A DNA stretch of 64,000 nucleotides from Takakia lepidozioides (lineage: Eukaryota; Plantae; Bryophyta), in the NCBI GenBank assembly GCA_030704615.1, contig CM060731.1:76632001-76696000 (forward strand). The letters are read 5' to 3'. This document shows positions 46,910 to 60,297 of this stretch, one piece after another; position 1 is the stretch's first letter, and each line of letters opens with the position of its first letter. The notes beneath the pieces were generated by a model, which was not told the origin of the DNA, searched no databases, and saw nothing but the letters and a program-made list of their open reading frames with translations. Both the position numbers and the translations under genes were made by a program.

Positions 46910-49900
46910 ATGGATTCTTCGCAAGCAAGTCCTCACTCCCGACGATCGAGTGGGCTTTTATTGAAACCCTTCCAGCATGCTTTGAAGCCCTTACATCGGC
47001 TAGTAGTTACACTACTGCTGTGCAATTTTATTATTGTTTCCGCTGTGTGTAGTGCTGCGCATGATGGCGAGGATGTAAGTCATTTTCCTTCGCAATTAAC
47101 GATCTCATTTTTTAAGCTTTCATGCTAATGAATATCCTGCCTGGATGATTTTCTCTCTCTCCCTGAAGTTCCTTTGTCTGTGTGTCTGTCTTTCTGTTGA
47201 CATCACTTGTGATGAACTGAAAGCCGTTATTTGAAACTCGTCAATCTTTCTGAGCTTGTATGATTCAGCATATTTCATGCGATGATGAATGGTGTTTAGA
47301 TTATCTCAATTGTAAGTGGAAGTAGGCATGGATTGTATCAGTTACAAAGTGCTCCTTAGAAATAGTCTAGACATCCAGCTCAAGCGCAGAACCTGCTTGA
47401 GTTGCTCAGTTCTTTCAGAATTCCCGGAAATTTTCAAGGTTGTTTTCCGGCCGATTGAACAGTTCTGAATTCTTCGTAGAAAGATCTGCATTTGAAGAAG
47501 AGGTGGCAGATATAATTTGACGCTTTATTCAAAACAGGGCATGCTGAACTTGTCACAATTCTTCTACCGGTTGGCGAATTGGCGTGTAGGAGACCACTTG
47601 GGCTTGAGTAGTCAGTAAATCTGAGATATATGGCATTTATGTACCGAGTTGCGATTTGAGTCTCTATATCACTCCGGACATTTAAGACATAGCACGCAAG
47701 TGCAAAAAAGTATGTGTCTAAGTGGACTGCCTGGGAGTATACAGAGGCGGAGCAATTGCAGGGACGAGCTTAGACCGCAAACATTTGGAATTATGTCTTG
47801 ACTTGCGAGTTGGAAATTATTGCAGCTATGTCTGGTGGGTAGTGAGGGCTTCCAGTGCACGGAAAAGAGCACCAAGCTGCTTATACGCGGGGGCACTGTG
47901 GTTAACGCAGACCGCCAACAACAAGCTGACGTGTATATCGAAGATGGCATCATTCAGTTAGTGGAACCAAACCTAAAGGTTTTATGTGACAAGACTTTCT
48001 TTCTTCTTTCTTTTTTAGTACCATTTCATCTCATTTCTTCTTTCTTATGGCCACATCAAGCACTGAGCACTGTGCATATTAAAGATACTTCGAGTCACTG
48101 GTTTCTGCTGGGCAGTCCCTCAGCCCAACATTCTCCTGGGTCCGCTGTTGGGCTTCTCTAGCTCTCAAACTTGCCTTTTGAGTTTTTGAGATCCCTGCCT
48201 GTCCCTATCCTGCCCTTTGCTTTAGTAGAGTTTCTATACAGGGGGTTCAGTCTGCTGCCTTTTGCTTGGGGTAACTTCATGGGATATGGGTTTCTGTCTT
48301 GGGGACTTCTTTCACTTGAGAAAAGCACAAGCAATGTCTTAGGTTTCAGTATTTTTAGTTTAAGTTGTCTCTGGTTGTTCCTAACCGAGGCAAAGTATGT
48401 TTCTGGCGCTGATGCTGGCTAGGCAACAGAGGGCGTGCATGTGATTGATGCCACTGGAAAATATGTCATGCCAGGTACTTCTCTGCCATTTTTACCCTTG
48501 CACATATGAAACTTGAAGATGACTGAATCAAAGGTTTTAGCTGGTTGTCCATAGCAACCAACGTTTATTAGAGTGTTATAATTTCCTTGAAGCAGTCAAT
48601 AATTGAAGACCATGGATCTCAGAGCTATTGTTAGGTGTTCCTTACCTCCTGGTGAAGCCTTTCTCCTTGTTGGAGGGGATTGCTGCAGAGAAATCTGAGC
48701 AATTGCTGGCCAAAAACCTAAACATTTCTTAGTTGCAGGGGAAGATTGACCACCTCACCAAACTCAATGCAAGGTGAATTACACGAGGTTGAAACTTTCC
48801 TTTTCTCACAAACCACGTTGCTAACACAAATCACCAGGACCAATGGCCACACCCTGACTTGCTCATTTATTTTGATGCCAAAGCCAAAGCATCTGCCTCT
48901 TTCTTACCTTGGTGTTTGAGCAACTACAGGCGGCATTGACCCCCACACACATATGGAAATGCCCTTCATGGGCGAAGAGACCTGTGATGATTTCTTCAGT
49001 GGCCAGGCTGCAGCGTTAGCGGGGGGCACCACCATGCACATTGACTTTGCCATCCCAACCAACGGGGACCTCACTGCAGGCTATAATGCCTATGTGAAGA
49101 AAGCAGAGAAGTCATGCATGGACTATGGCTTCCACATGGCAGTCACCAAATGGAACGAAGGAGTTGCTAAGGACATGGAGTGGCTGGTTAAAGAGAAAGG
49201 TGAAGTTGTTTGGATAGCAAAGGTGCTGTTTTCACTGCATGTTTTGCTGTGAAACTGCTCATCTGCTTCAAAACATGAGTAAAATCTTGGTCACCTCTCT
49301 GGGATGTTTAATATTCCCATTTTTGTGGAGAATACAAAGAGCTAACAGCTTATTGAGAGAGATATTGACTTGTGTGATATCCATCAGTCATGATACTGCT
49401 CAAGTAGCATAAATAGTGTTTGCTGGTAATGAGCAATTGGCACCACTGTGCTGCAGGCATCAATTCATTTAAATTTTTCATGGCTTACAAGGGAACCCTC
49501 ATGGTGTCGGACGACGATCTGCTGCAGGGCTTGAAAAAGTGCAAAGAGCTAGGAGCTCTGCCACAAGTGCATGCAGAGAATGGTGATGCGGTGGTTGAAG
49601 GCCAAACCCGGATCTTTGGACTGGGTATCACTGGGCCAGAAGGACATCCACTTTCACGCCCTCCTGTGGTGCAACATATTTCTGTTTTACGTCTGATTTC
49701 AATTTCAAATGCAACGTCCTGTCCAAATAGATAAAGTGCAGGGTATCCTTATCACAGCTATACAAAAACAGCCTCTGTTTCTAGATCATACTGCCTGTTG
49801 CTTTAACCTGTGGGTGTCAACACAACGCCTTCAGGCCTGTGACCCTTTCGCAGGATGCCTCTGGGAACCCTGAGCAACTGAGTGAGAGTTTTCACAAATT

Positions 49901-52900
49901 TATTAGAGTGCTAGTCAATAGTTTTTGAATCTGGATCTTAATAGGGAGGGAAGAATTGAGAGGGGATCAGTTACTGTATCAAAAATATACTAGATCGTAA
50001 ATTAGTTCTTGCTTTTTAATAGTATTTAAGAGAGGTGTAGACTCAAAAAGTGTAGACTCAAAAGTACTTTGCTGGTGGGTGCTGTACATAAAGCTGGAAG
50101 GGGAGGCAACAGCAAGGGCTATCAGGCTGGCGAACTTTGTGAACACACCCCTCTATGTGGTCCACGTCATGAGTATCGATGCCTTAGATGAAATCTCACG
50201 AGCGCGTCATTCTGGTATGTATTCTGGTGTGTATTGTGCTCCCTGGATATCTAGGAGTTTAAGGGCCTCCATCAATCCTGGATGCAGTCATATTTCAAAA
50301 TCATTCCATCCATGATTTCACCTCCTCAAAAATGAAACTGGGTGCAGGGCAGCGGGTGATAGGAGAGCCAGTTGCCTCAGGTCTGGCATTGGATGACTCC
50401 AAGCTCTGGGACCAGGACTTCAAGACTGCTGCCAAGTATGTTGAAGTACTGCTTGATTTTTTTCGAACCTTTCAAGACTGGCTCCAAAATTGAATTCACT
50501 AACATGGAAAGGGCATAACAGGTATGTGATGAGTCCCCCGATTCGGCCTGTTGGGCATAGCCAAGCGCTCCAAGCGGCATTGTCAACAGGAGTCCTGCAG
50601 GTTTCTTGTACTACTACACCTTTGTTTTCCAAAGCTGTGATGTTTCTGAACATTGTCTGCCTTCCTCACTCACCTGATGAGGTTTTTGGAGCCCCAAACC
50701 AACCTACCAGAATACAGACTGAGAACTGAACATTTGCACCCACACCATTGCTTCAAACATCTGAAGACCTCTTCATCCATATCTGCCCCAATTTCTGTAG
50801 TTGGTAAGGCATCAACAGTTTCCCACATCATTTGAGCTTCTTTAGAAGCCTGAAGACTTGCCAGTTTATAGCAGATGAGTTAAAGATTCCCAGCCACTGA
50901 TACATCCTTGGCAGCAGTTTCACACAATTATCACCCAGGGTTCTATTATCAGAGGCAAGGGTACAGCATGTATTATAAGAATGGGCTTGTTGTGGGATTG
51001 TTTCACAGTTGGTGGCTACTGATCACTGTCCTTTCAATTCAACACAAAAGGCCTTCGGGAAACATGATTTTCGGCATATTCCAAATGGTGTTAACGGTAT
51101 GGTTCCTGAATGCCTTTCAGTCAGGAAAGTTGCTAAACTGATGCCATTACCTTTGGCCCATGTCAATCCAGGGCTTTCTGCTCAAAAGTTCGCGTAAGCG
51201 GTTCATGAGATCTTAAGCATAGAAGTTTTCCTTGAAGTCATATATATGGGTCTAGCAGGCTTGCACCTTCTGGACGGCTTGAACATGACTAGTTGTTGGT
51301 CCAGTATTTGGGCTTGGTCCTGTTAAAACTTCTCAAAATCTTATGCATGCACACTTTGGAGTTGGAACAAAGGACTTCTGTAATGAGTGGAATATCAATG
51401 TGACAGATTCCTAGTTTTCGATTATTGTCAGCTCTAGACAACCAGTGGCCATGAAGAGTGTAGCCCCCAACAAGTGCAGTTGCACTGAAAAGTTGTTATG
51501 CAGAGCATGTGATTCTTTTTTAGAGTGACTAGGGCTAGGCATCTTGTCTGGTTAAGTAGTTCTATGTGATGGGTGTGCAGGCATAGAGGAGCGCATGCAT
51601 ATTGTGTGGGATGTCATGGTGGTAGGTGGTTTTTGCTCAACCTGATTTCAGATTGTGAGAGGGAGCTGTACTGATTAAATGTGCTAACACTGAGCAGGCA
51701 TGGAGGAGAAAAGGAGAAAGAAAAAGAAACTTACATGTGGTGCCTCAAGGGCCCATGGGAACAAAGAATAACAAAGTCATATTGAAGAGAAGTATGTAGT
51801 AAACATGAAGAGAGGAACAAAGGAAATATGTATGCCATCCACAGGATGCCCAGACACCTATGGAAACACCTTTAGTACAAGAGAGAACCACAAGACAAGG
51901 AGAGATTAGAGAGATTTACTAGCTGTATATTTTCTTTCTCGGCAATCAGTAGAGAAAGTGACTTAAGCTGAGAGATGGCAAGTTCAAAGGTCTTTCATTG
52001 ATAGGCATGTCTTTGTAACTTAAAAGATCTGGATGGTGGTCATTTCCTTCTGCAGAACTCTGGGAAGATTTCAGCCACAGATTATGTGCGCATTACCAGC
52101 ACTGCCTGGTTAGTATCTAGCCTGCAAAGCAAAAGACTCATTTAGTTCAACATTGCAGCATTTGTCTGCATTTTGAGGCTTAGTGATATGATGCCAGGTT
52201 TTGCAAGTGGGCCACAGGGACTATGTTTGCTTATAGGCACTATCTACATTGAAGCTTATTTGTTGATGAGGAGGTGGGGTAAACTCGGGGGTGGCATTCT
52301 TGCAAAATGCAGTGCGAAGATATTCAACATATATCCACGAAAAGGGGCGGTGTTACCAGGCTCTGATGCCGACATCATCATTCTCAACCCTAATACCACC
52401 ACGAAAATCTCTGCCCAATCTCACCACTCCAGAATTGACACCAACATCTACGAGGGATGGACTATGAAGGTCAGATCCGTATGGTGGCAATCACAAATTT
52501 TGCATATAATGAGTACTTGGCAACAATTTGCAGTAGACATTTGCACTAGGTTAACACTAGAATTGTAATTTGGAGAATTCCATGACACATCTAGTATCCA
52601 TTTTGATAAGGCCCAGGAGGGTTAACAACTAATATTATCTTGGATTTGGGTGCCCACTAAATTTTTCAGTGGATGTCCCACATTCAACAAGGATGTCAAG
52701 CATACATAGTTAAATTTGCTAAGCATTAAACTGCCAAAATACATCCCGTAAGGCCAGTTTTGGTAACTAAAGTGTATCCCAGATGCTATCCGAACTGTGT
52801 ATTTGACCCATGCTTTCCAGTGCTTGTACATTGCAGGGAAACATAGAGGTGACAATCAGCCAAGGTCGAGTGGTGTGGGATAGTGGGCATCTTAATGTGG

Positions 52901-53019
52901 AACGTGGATCGGGCCGCTACATTTCTATGCCACCCTTCGGCTACCTCTTCGATGGGCTCGACAAGTTGGATGCTGCATACTTGTCCTCTCTGAAAGCACC
53001 GGTGCAGCGAAGCATTTGA
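46910..53019 (+). CDS. PYD2: Dihydropyrimidinase (D-hydantoinase), 13 exons, 553 aa
   Basis: Exons 46910-47074, 47826-47978, 48423-48474, 48930-49199, 49457-49668, 50094-50214, 50348-50435, 50522-50600, 51009-51096, 51581-51621, 52056-52108, 52313-52469 and 52837-53019. All introns are GT-AG and phases are consistent (1662 nt). Motifs: [79 protein letters not shown]. Confidence 0.96.
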
Positions 53020-54302
53020 CTGGAACCACTTTCTGTGATCTTTCTCCGTCACACACGCAGTGCACACCCCTGTACTATCAAAATCTTGTTCTATTAGAGA
53101 GCTCTCTCTCCCTCACAGGGGGGCGGGTCTAGAGCTACGCTCATGAGTACATTCTCTCTTGAAATGCAACCGCCACCAGTTAAGAGGGATGTATTAGTAT
53201 GCTGAAATTTTCATTATGGTTTCATGTTGTAAGCACGGGTTGTTATTAGATCAGGAGTGCTTTTTGCAATTTGTGGGTAAGTTTCACAACCTTTGGTGAG
53301 AATGTTAGTCTCCAGGGGCATGTTATAGTCAACACACAGGAAATGGTCAAGATGTAAATTCACTTTTTCTCTGTGCACCTTACTTCTCATCTGTAGTATT
53401 TCCCTAAGCTCCCACAACCATTCCTTTGTTTCTCCTCTCCCATCCTCCCTCTGCGGGACCTTGCAATTGTTGTTATTCCCAATGCTTGGCTTAGGAGAGA
53501 GAATGTACTTCACTATAAATTCATGTATTCCATTTCATGATCGTCAGTCAACTATGTGATCTCCCAAATGACTAATGTGAACAGCCTATGAGAGAATCTA
53601 ATGTCACTCAACTGTAGTTGGACCTGGAGATTGTCAGTTGATTGAAGTCTACAAATTTTTCAAACATCTGGGGCAATTCAGGATACATGTCACTGTCACT
53701 GTTGACACAAGTACATCTTCATCCCTCAAATTCAACAAACCCAAAATAGGTGGCAAAACACTTTTCTGTGATTGGTGACTGGATCAAAGACAAATGAAAT
53801 TTGAAGATCCAATTCATGGTAGCTACAAAATTAAAGCCACTGTCTCTCTTAGAATCTGCTTAGGATGTGTACACCCAGTGCAAGCTCCTGTGAGACTCTG
53901 GAGTGTTCCTGTTTGAAGATCAAACCAATTTTACCAATTCCACTCTTTTGCAATTGATGCGTTTCTTGAGCTTGAGCTATGCATGGAGATCTTCATTCCA
54001 GGGCAGCAAACAATGAAGTGCAAAAGGGAAAGATTTTTTTATACTCAGAAACGCAGCTAGCCGGTGTGGTGAGTCTCCTTCCCAGCTGAAGGAGTTAATA
54101 AGATAGTATCTATGTAAACTGGAGACAACACAATTTGTGATTCCAAGACCAAAGCGCAGCTCAAATTCAGGGCCAGTATCTCCTATGTTATGAAGTTTGC
54201 CAGTGTAGTTTGTAGACAAGATTCACCACAAGCCAGTTACATAGCACAAACATCGTCTTCTTTGACTCTCCTCACCTCCCGAAGTACACCTTCCGGGTTT
54301 CT

Positions 54303-54728
54303 ATATAGTGGATAGCCCTGAGTGGAAGCTGAGGGCGGCAGCCCGAGGTGCGGGCCCAAAAATCCAGGAACGCCCGACACCCCACTCGAAGGGCCTTCCC
54401 GTGCGTAACAAAATGGGATGATTTCTTTTTCTTCTTATCATTTCTTTATCCTTTCTCCCCGCTAGTAGCTTCCTGTGAGAAAAGATCTTGGAGGTAAAGA
54501 TAAAGAAATGTCGGAGGTGTGCACTATACTTTTGCACAGTGCATTATACTTTTATGTAATGCACTGGTACTCGTGGCTGGCTATTACGCTGTACAATGAG
54601 CAGATATTAACGAAGAAAAATCAGCCCCAGTTCTTTGCGGAGGTTATTGGTCCTTGCACCTTTTAAGATGTGCCAATTTCTGGGTCTCCACACCCCTTCT
54701 TTTATGAAAAACCATATTAACACTATAG
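54303..54728. mobile_element. Short non-autonomous element sharing the Crypton-like element's terminal motifs
   Basis: 54315-54400 (GCCCTGAGTGGA...GGGCCCAAAAATCCAGGAACGCCCGACAC..AGGGCCTTCCC) matches the reverse complement of 23086-23192. Short inverted ends TATAGTG / CACTATA. Confidence 0.5.
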
Positions 54729-56498
54729 ACAGCAACAGATATCTTTCCCAGGAGTACCTATCTCTTGATAAGTTTTGACTCCTTCATATAAAGAAACCAC
54801 AAGTAGACTGTCCTGAACAAAGAAAAAGAGTATCCCCTCTGACTAACACTGACAATCAATGAACACGAGTTTAGGATGTCACTCTAGCATTTGATTCCCT
54901 GCTCACTGCTCCATGTGCTAATTACTGAAGTTGCTCTTGATGCTGTTCTCTGCAATTCTTGCCAACAAGTTACTCCCATACATGTGTCTCTATTGTTCAA
55001 AATTTGTCGCACTTGAAATTCATAGACCGGCCAACCAGAATCAGCTGTTGGAACTTCCAATCGCAGATGCATCTACCATCCATCCATCCGTCATTTGTAA
55101 GTTACTGGTAAAATCCTTCCACACCATCTGACACAGAAAAGCAAGCCCATGACCCCTTGCAGTCTCATCAAAACAAGAGTTCTTCAGCATGAGAGTCAAA
55201 AGAGCAGTGTAACCTGTTGCCATTCCTTCAAGTCATACACTGTGCAACTTGAAATGCATTGAAAATGTCTACCTCTTCAGTTTGGCGGTGGAGCGCACTG
55301 CCAGCCAGATTTGGGCAGCTGCCAATTGAGCTGCCACCCATCTGCTTAGCTGCTAGAACTAGTGTCTTTGACTCAGCGTGCCTTGTTCTGTAGCAGTGTT
55401 GCCTTAGTCCCTCGGTTGAAGCTGGCAAGACATTATCTCCTGTCGCCATCTCCCTGCAGCTACATTTGCTTTAGGGTTGAATAATCCTGCCACCATCAGC
55501 CTGATTCTTTTAGTATAGAACAGCTGCATGGTGAAAAAACATGCTGCACAGCATATAGGAGTGCAAAATTGTGGACTGTAGAAGAAAAACTTGGAATCTC
55601 CTTTCGATGGCATTCGTCTAAAAGGGGAACTTGTCCAGAGTCCTACATGCCGATACCACCCATACGACTCAACCTCAAAGCCCTCCTTTCTGATACTAAG
55701 AGAAAATTTTCACAAACTATGGCTGTGCAACAAAATATGTGCATGGGAAACTCCAAATGCTGGGAACATGCCTACTCCAGCTCCAGAATCATCCATCACT
55801 ACCTGGGAAGACTTGTTGCCTTTGTGGTTCACCGGCTCCTGAGACTGCAAACAAGACATTGCAACACTTAGCCTGATAACTGGCCGCAGGCTGACCGGTC
55901 TCAACCATCAGTCTCAAAGGTGATGGGTGGCTGGGTTATAGGTAAATGTTTGCAGCCAAAGCCTTCTGGGCAGCTTGTTGGGCAATTGAAGATTGGTTGC
56001 TCTTTCGCAAGAACTCCTGGTTGGTCGTTAGATGCCATTTGAGGCGCGCAGCAGGAGTCTGCTGAAATTCTTTGCTGTCCAGTCTTATGCACCAAGCTCT
56101 TGCACAATCTTGTCTGTTATAACATGAGCCACATCTACACACACACAGAGAAATGGATCTTTTCATCAACCTATACATTCTCACAGGTGTAGAAGACACT
56201 TGAAAGCATACCCCATAAAGAAAACAATGAGGAGACCAGACACAAGGCAAAACAAAGAAACCCTTTGCAAGCATAGTTTTTCAGCCTTGCTGCACACCAA
56301 GGCTGAAAGGCAAACTCTCTTTCTCATGGTGGTATTCCAGCCTTCCTGTGGTTACCACACTATTTGTTTTGTGCAAGAATACTTGGGACAGCTAGTTTTT
56401 AGAAGTTTCATACCATGAAATCTCGAATCATGTGCTGTAATTTGATCTCAATTTTCCTGAATTGTTTATACCGGAAACCTTGGTCGGACACAGAATAC

Positions 56499-56660
56499 TC
56501 AAGCAGAAGACGTTTGCACAGGGCTAGAGAGAAGTCTCCGCAAGATGATCTGGCGAATGCGCCGGGGGAGGGGGGCCTCCTGCACCACCTGAGCCAGCAC
56601 TCGGACCAGCAACAGGCAATAGTCCTCAATCAAGTGAGCAACCAATACCACAAGAATCAT
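56499..56660 (-). CDS. 53-aa peptide uORF resembling a plant conserved-peptide uORF (CPuORF)
   Basis: ATG 56660 to TGA 56499 encodes MILVVLVAHLIEDYCLLLVRVLAQVVQEAPLPRRIRQIILRRLLSSPVQTSSA. From memory it resembles the MIL...EEY.....RVL.....AP.PRR.R..IL CPuORF family found upstream of Cys-rich WRKY19-like genes. It is below the ORF-track cutoff. Confidence 0.7.
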   Translation of the reverse strand: MILVVLVAHLIEDYCLLLVRVLAQVVQEAPLPRRIRQIILRRLLSSPVQTSSA

Positions 56661-57714
56661 GTTTTCCCAGTCTTTGAATCCGCCTCACTTCCTTGTTGGG
56701 GCGTACATTTCATCATACCCCCTGCTAATCCGACATCCCTGCAAGCATTCAAAGGAAATCTGCCACCTCATTCAAAGGGAAATTCTATTAAATAGACTAT
56801 ATTTCACTGCAGGTTACATATATTCAAAATATATGCGGGAAAGACACCGAAATCGACAAGCTGAGCATTGGTCTTATACAATTATAGCTGCGCGTGCAGA
56901 TGAATTGCAATCCACGGTTCTTTCTTCGTTGCTCTTGGACTCTGTAAAACTAGACTCCAACTAAAGGACCTCCTAAAAAGAAAGCATCCACAGAGACAGA
57001 GAGCACTCCTACGCCACTTGTCATCGCAAATTTCCAAAGACATTCACCTACCACTCTTCACTTCCGAAAGCTAGCCAGACTCTCCTATTTCAACGAGCAC
57101 TTCTTCATTGAAACATTGGAATTCATCCATGGCAGGGACCGTCACCTTCACTAACATGCATTAGTTGGAACTGAATGTCTGGCCCACACCATCAAAATTC
57201 ATGCGAATACGAACACGAATCCGCCGGAAAACAACAACGGATCCTGGGATAGTAACTCGAGCAGGATATTTCCGGTATTTGTCTACCAACTGCTGCATAC
57301 GGTAGAAAACACAATCCAACCAAAGGAAAACGAGAACCGCACCACCAAACACCGCACTGGAAATCAAGCGTCCTCACTTTGGTGAATCGTCCCTCACAAA
57401 CCTAACTTTGTGCTACAGGCTCGAAATACACCAAGATTTTTATAACCCGCATGCAAAAACGTGTTGCAGCGCCCCCTCTGTGAGTGCCTGTGACATCCAC
57501 GCTCGATCGCACTGCAGAATTCCCCGAATTGCAGCTCCACGAACGAAGCTATGGCGGCTGGGGGCGACAACGGGAGAGGGAGAGGAGAGAGCAGGAAGGT
57601 TCTTGAGCATTGCATGTGTGCTGCCACATGGCACGGCACGTGCCGCCAGGCTCGAACGTCCACTGGCAGTGCATGGCCTTGTCTTGTTGTTGTTGCCCGC
57701 AAAGCGTTCACGAC

Positions 57715-57868
57715 TAATAACGTCCAGTGAATTTACAGAGCCTACTGCTCAACACACATGCCATCGAGGGCCCAATGGACGGTCTGAAGGCACATGTTGA
57801 AGGATTGAACCCAGGATCACCTAGGTTATGCACAGGCAAGGCTCAAACACCCAACCACTGGGCTACCT
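57715..57868 (-). mobile_element. tRNA-derived SINE-like element (different family)
   Basis: The minus strand reads TAGCCCAGTGG (A box) ... GGGTTCAATCC (B box), with no cloverleaf. The 3' end is approximate. Confidence 0.5.
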
Positions 57869-58257
57869 GCTCACAGTGAGTCGTTTCGGAGGGTTTCTTG
57901 TAGCTGCCAGGCTATGAAACATTGTGGGTATGAGTGAGGTATGGTGAGGAAGATGCAAAAAGTTGTGGAGGTGGTAGTGTGCAATGAGGATGGTGTGAAG
58001 GCTTGCTCTGTGATTGAGAGGAGAATGAGGAAAGGTTAGGAGACAATGCACAGCAATTAGGGTTCAACACCTAGTAGGCTTGCATTTCTGGGTGGGATGG
58101 AGAATGGGTACTATGGCTCCAGCAGTGAAGAGAATGACTGGAGTCGTTCATAACTACTTGTGATACCTTTGGCAAAGACGGGTAGAGAGTTATTAAAAGG
58201 TCATAGAGAGTTTTAACAAATCTCTCTGTGAAGCCGGGTTCAAAGAGTTGTTATAAC

Positions 58258-58918
58258 CAGTGTTGGTTTGGTATCTTGAATTGGAAATACCGGAAGGGTC
58301 CTGGTATGCAATGCTGAATTTTCTTAAGGCAGGTAGGTTTTCCAATAATGCACCCCCTGATTTTTTCAAGTATGAATCTGGTATGCATAGAGTGGTTTTT
58401 TTTTTAAAAACAATGGTATCTGAATGTCAAATATGAACTCGGATATGGTATTAAAAAATAATAAAATAAAAATGGTACTAGTATTCAAATTCAAATTCAA
58501 TATTGAAATGGCCATATGAACTATTCAAATGGCCATTTGAATAATCAAGAAAACCACAAGGAAACCTGCTCATCTCATAGGATACCAACCCCCATACAAT
58601 TATACACTCAATCAGAATTGCATGCATAGTGTCTCGCAAAATGAAGATCATAAAGAGGCGCTCATAAACACATGAAACCCTACATCCATAATGTCTATAC
58701 ATATGTGCATATTAAACAGACCTCCAGCGACGAGTCAAGCTCTGGTAGGGGCCGGGGAAAGGAGAACCCCAACCGCCGCCTTGTAGGGTTTGGAGGGCCG
58801 CCAGGGAACTCGAGAACCTGCTGGTAGGGTACTACAAATGTTGTACGGGAACAGAGAACAGTAGGTTAGGTTAGGAGAGACCCGGGTTGATACCCGGCGA
58901 AACTTGATTCCAACACTG
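58258..58918. mobile_element. Non-autonomous hAT element, 661 bp
   Basis: TIRs CAGTGTTGG / CCAACACTG and a perfect 8-bp TSD GTTATAAC (58250-58257, 58919-58926). Confidence 0.88.
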
Positions 58919-58926
58919 GTTATAAC

Positions 58927-58981
58927 CAGTGTTGGGCGGTTATTTAAGTTTCTTTGTAATACCCGACGGTTACCTATCCGG
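58927..58981 (-). mobile_element. Truncated end of the 12036-12400 hAT MITE family
   Basis: CAGTGTTGGGCGGTTATTT...TAATACCC..GTTACCTATCCGG closely matches the reverse complement of 12335-12400. Confidence 0.8.
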
Positions 58982-60297
58982 AAGTTCAAGGGAGAGCAAT
59001 AGCGAAGGGACACAAATAGTAGCATATTTTATAGACTTTATTACCAGATTCTTCTAATGGAGTTTACGTGACGCCATCTTTTTTGCCATACAGATTGAGG
59101 TGGTTAATGGTGATGTGTACCTGTAGCTTTGCGTACATATTTGCCATGTATGGTTGTGTTGTGATCTAGTTAATGGAATGGTTTGATGAGCATAGTCCTG
59201 AAACTATATTTTTTGAAGATGAGGTGATTGTTGTGATGGTGGTTGTGGGATGTAGTTGAACTTGGAAAATAACAACAACATTTTGTTGTCGAGCTGCAAC
59301 AAGACTTAGTGTAGCGTCACAAACTTCGCTTGAGTCCGGACATGCACCATATTTGATCGTTCTTTGATTTTCAAATTGTGGCACATTGTTGAGTACTTGA
59401 TGTTTAAATGGGTTTTCTTTAAATATCATTGTGTGATGTGTTGTGACATATCATGATAACATAATTTGTGGAAATGAACGAAGTTATTTCGAAGGCCGCT
59501 ATACATATTTATCATGTGATCGAATCCACGCTTATAGGGTCTCAATTGCATAGTTAATAGTTCCTCGTGTGACCCCATGGTTACATATATAAACTCACCA
59601 GCTCACCAATTGTAAGCTTGTGCACACAATATTGCATCCTCGCCCTCATGCCAGTTCTGGGAAGCAAAGATTTTATGAACTTTCCACAAACCTCAGCACA
59701 TATCGAACCAACAACCCCAAACATTTCTCATAATGTCATGAAAGAAGCCATTTGTAGCAAGATGTCTTAAAGCCATTGCAACCAACAATTGTTCTCAAAC
59801 CTAGAGAAGGCTTCTTCTCCATATCAGAATTAAAGCAAACATTAAAGCAAAGCAATTAAAATTAAAACAACCATAAAGTAAATTAAAGCAACCATATTGC
59901 AAATGTGTTCAAATGTGGAAACATGGACAGCCGGCCATGATCCTCTTTACAAGATTTAAATATTGGTCCCACCAGTGTATAGATTTTGGGTTTATTTACA
60001 TGTGCCAAATTCAACATCGAGAAATTTTATGTTTGTTGCATTTTTTCACAAGAACCGCATATGTCAACTCATCATTCATGGTCTTGCAAAAGGATCCACT
60101 TTTGTCTATTGCTTCTCCTCCTCAATCCTCTTGACTTTATGTGAGAGACTTATTGTCTGTTGTTGACTTTTTGTGTGGTGACCAATTGCATAGTTGTACC
60201 AATATTTGTGGCAATTGTTGCGAAGGTCCTGCTTTTTTCAAAGCTTTTCAAACTAGCTTTGTATCTTTTACAGGTGCATGTTGTTTTTGCTCTTCAG

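Noticed and set aside
56950-57800. ORFs 57161-57367, 57394-57711 and 57408-57800 as protein genes
   Set aside because: They have no motifs and mostly non-ATG starts. They are more likely leader or promoter sequence of the uORF-bearing locus.
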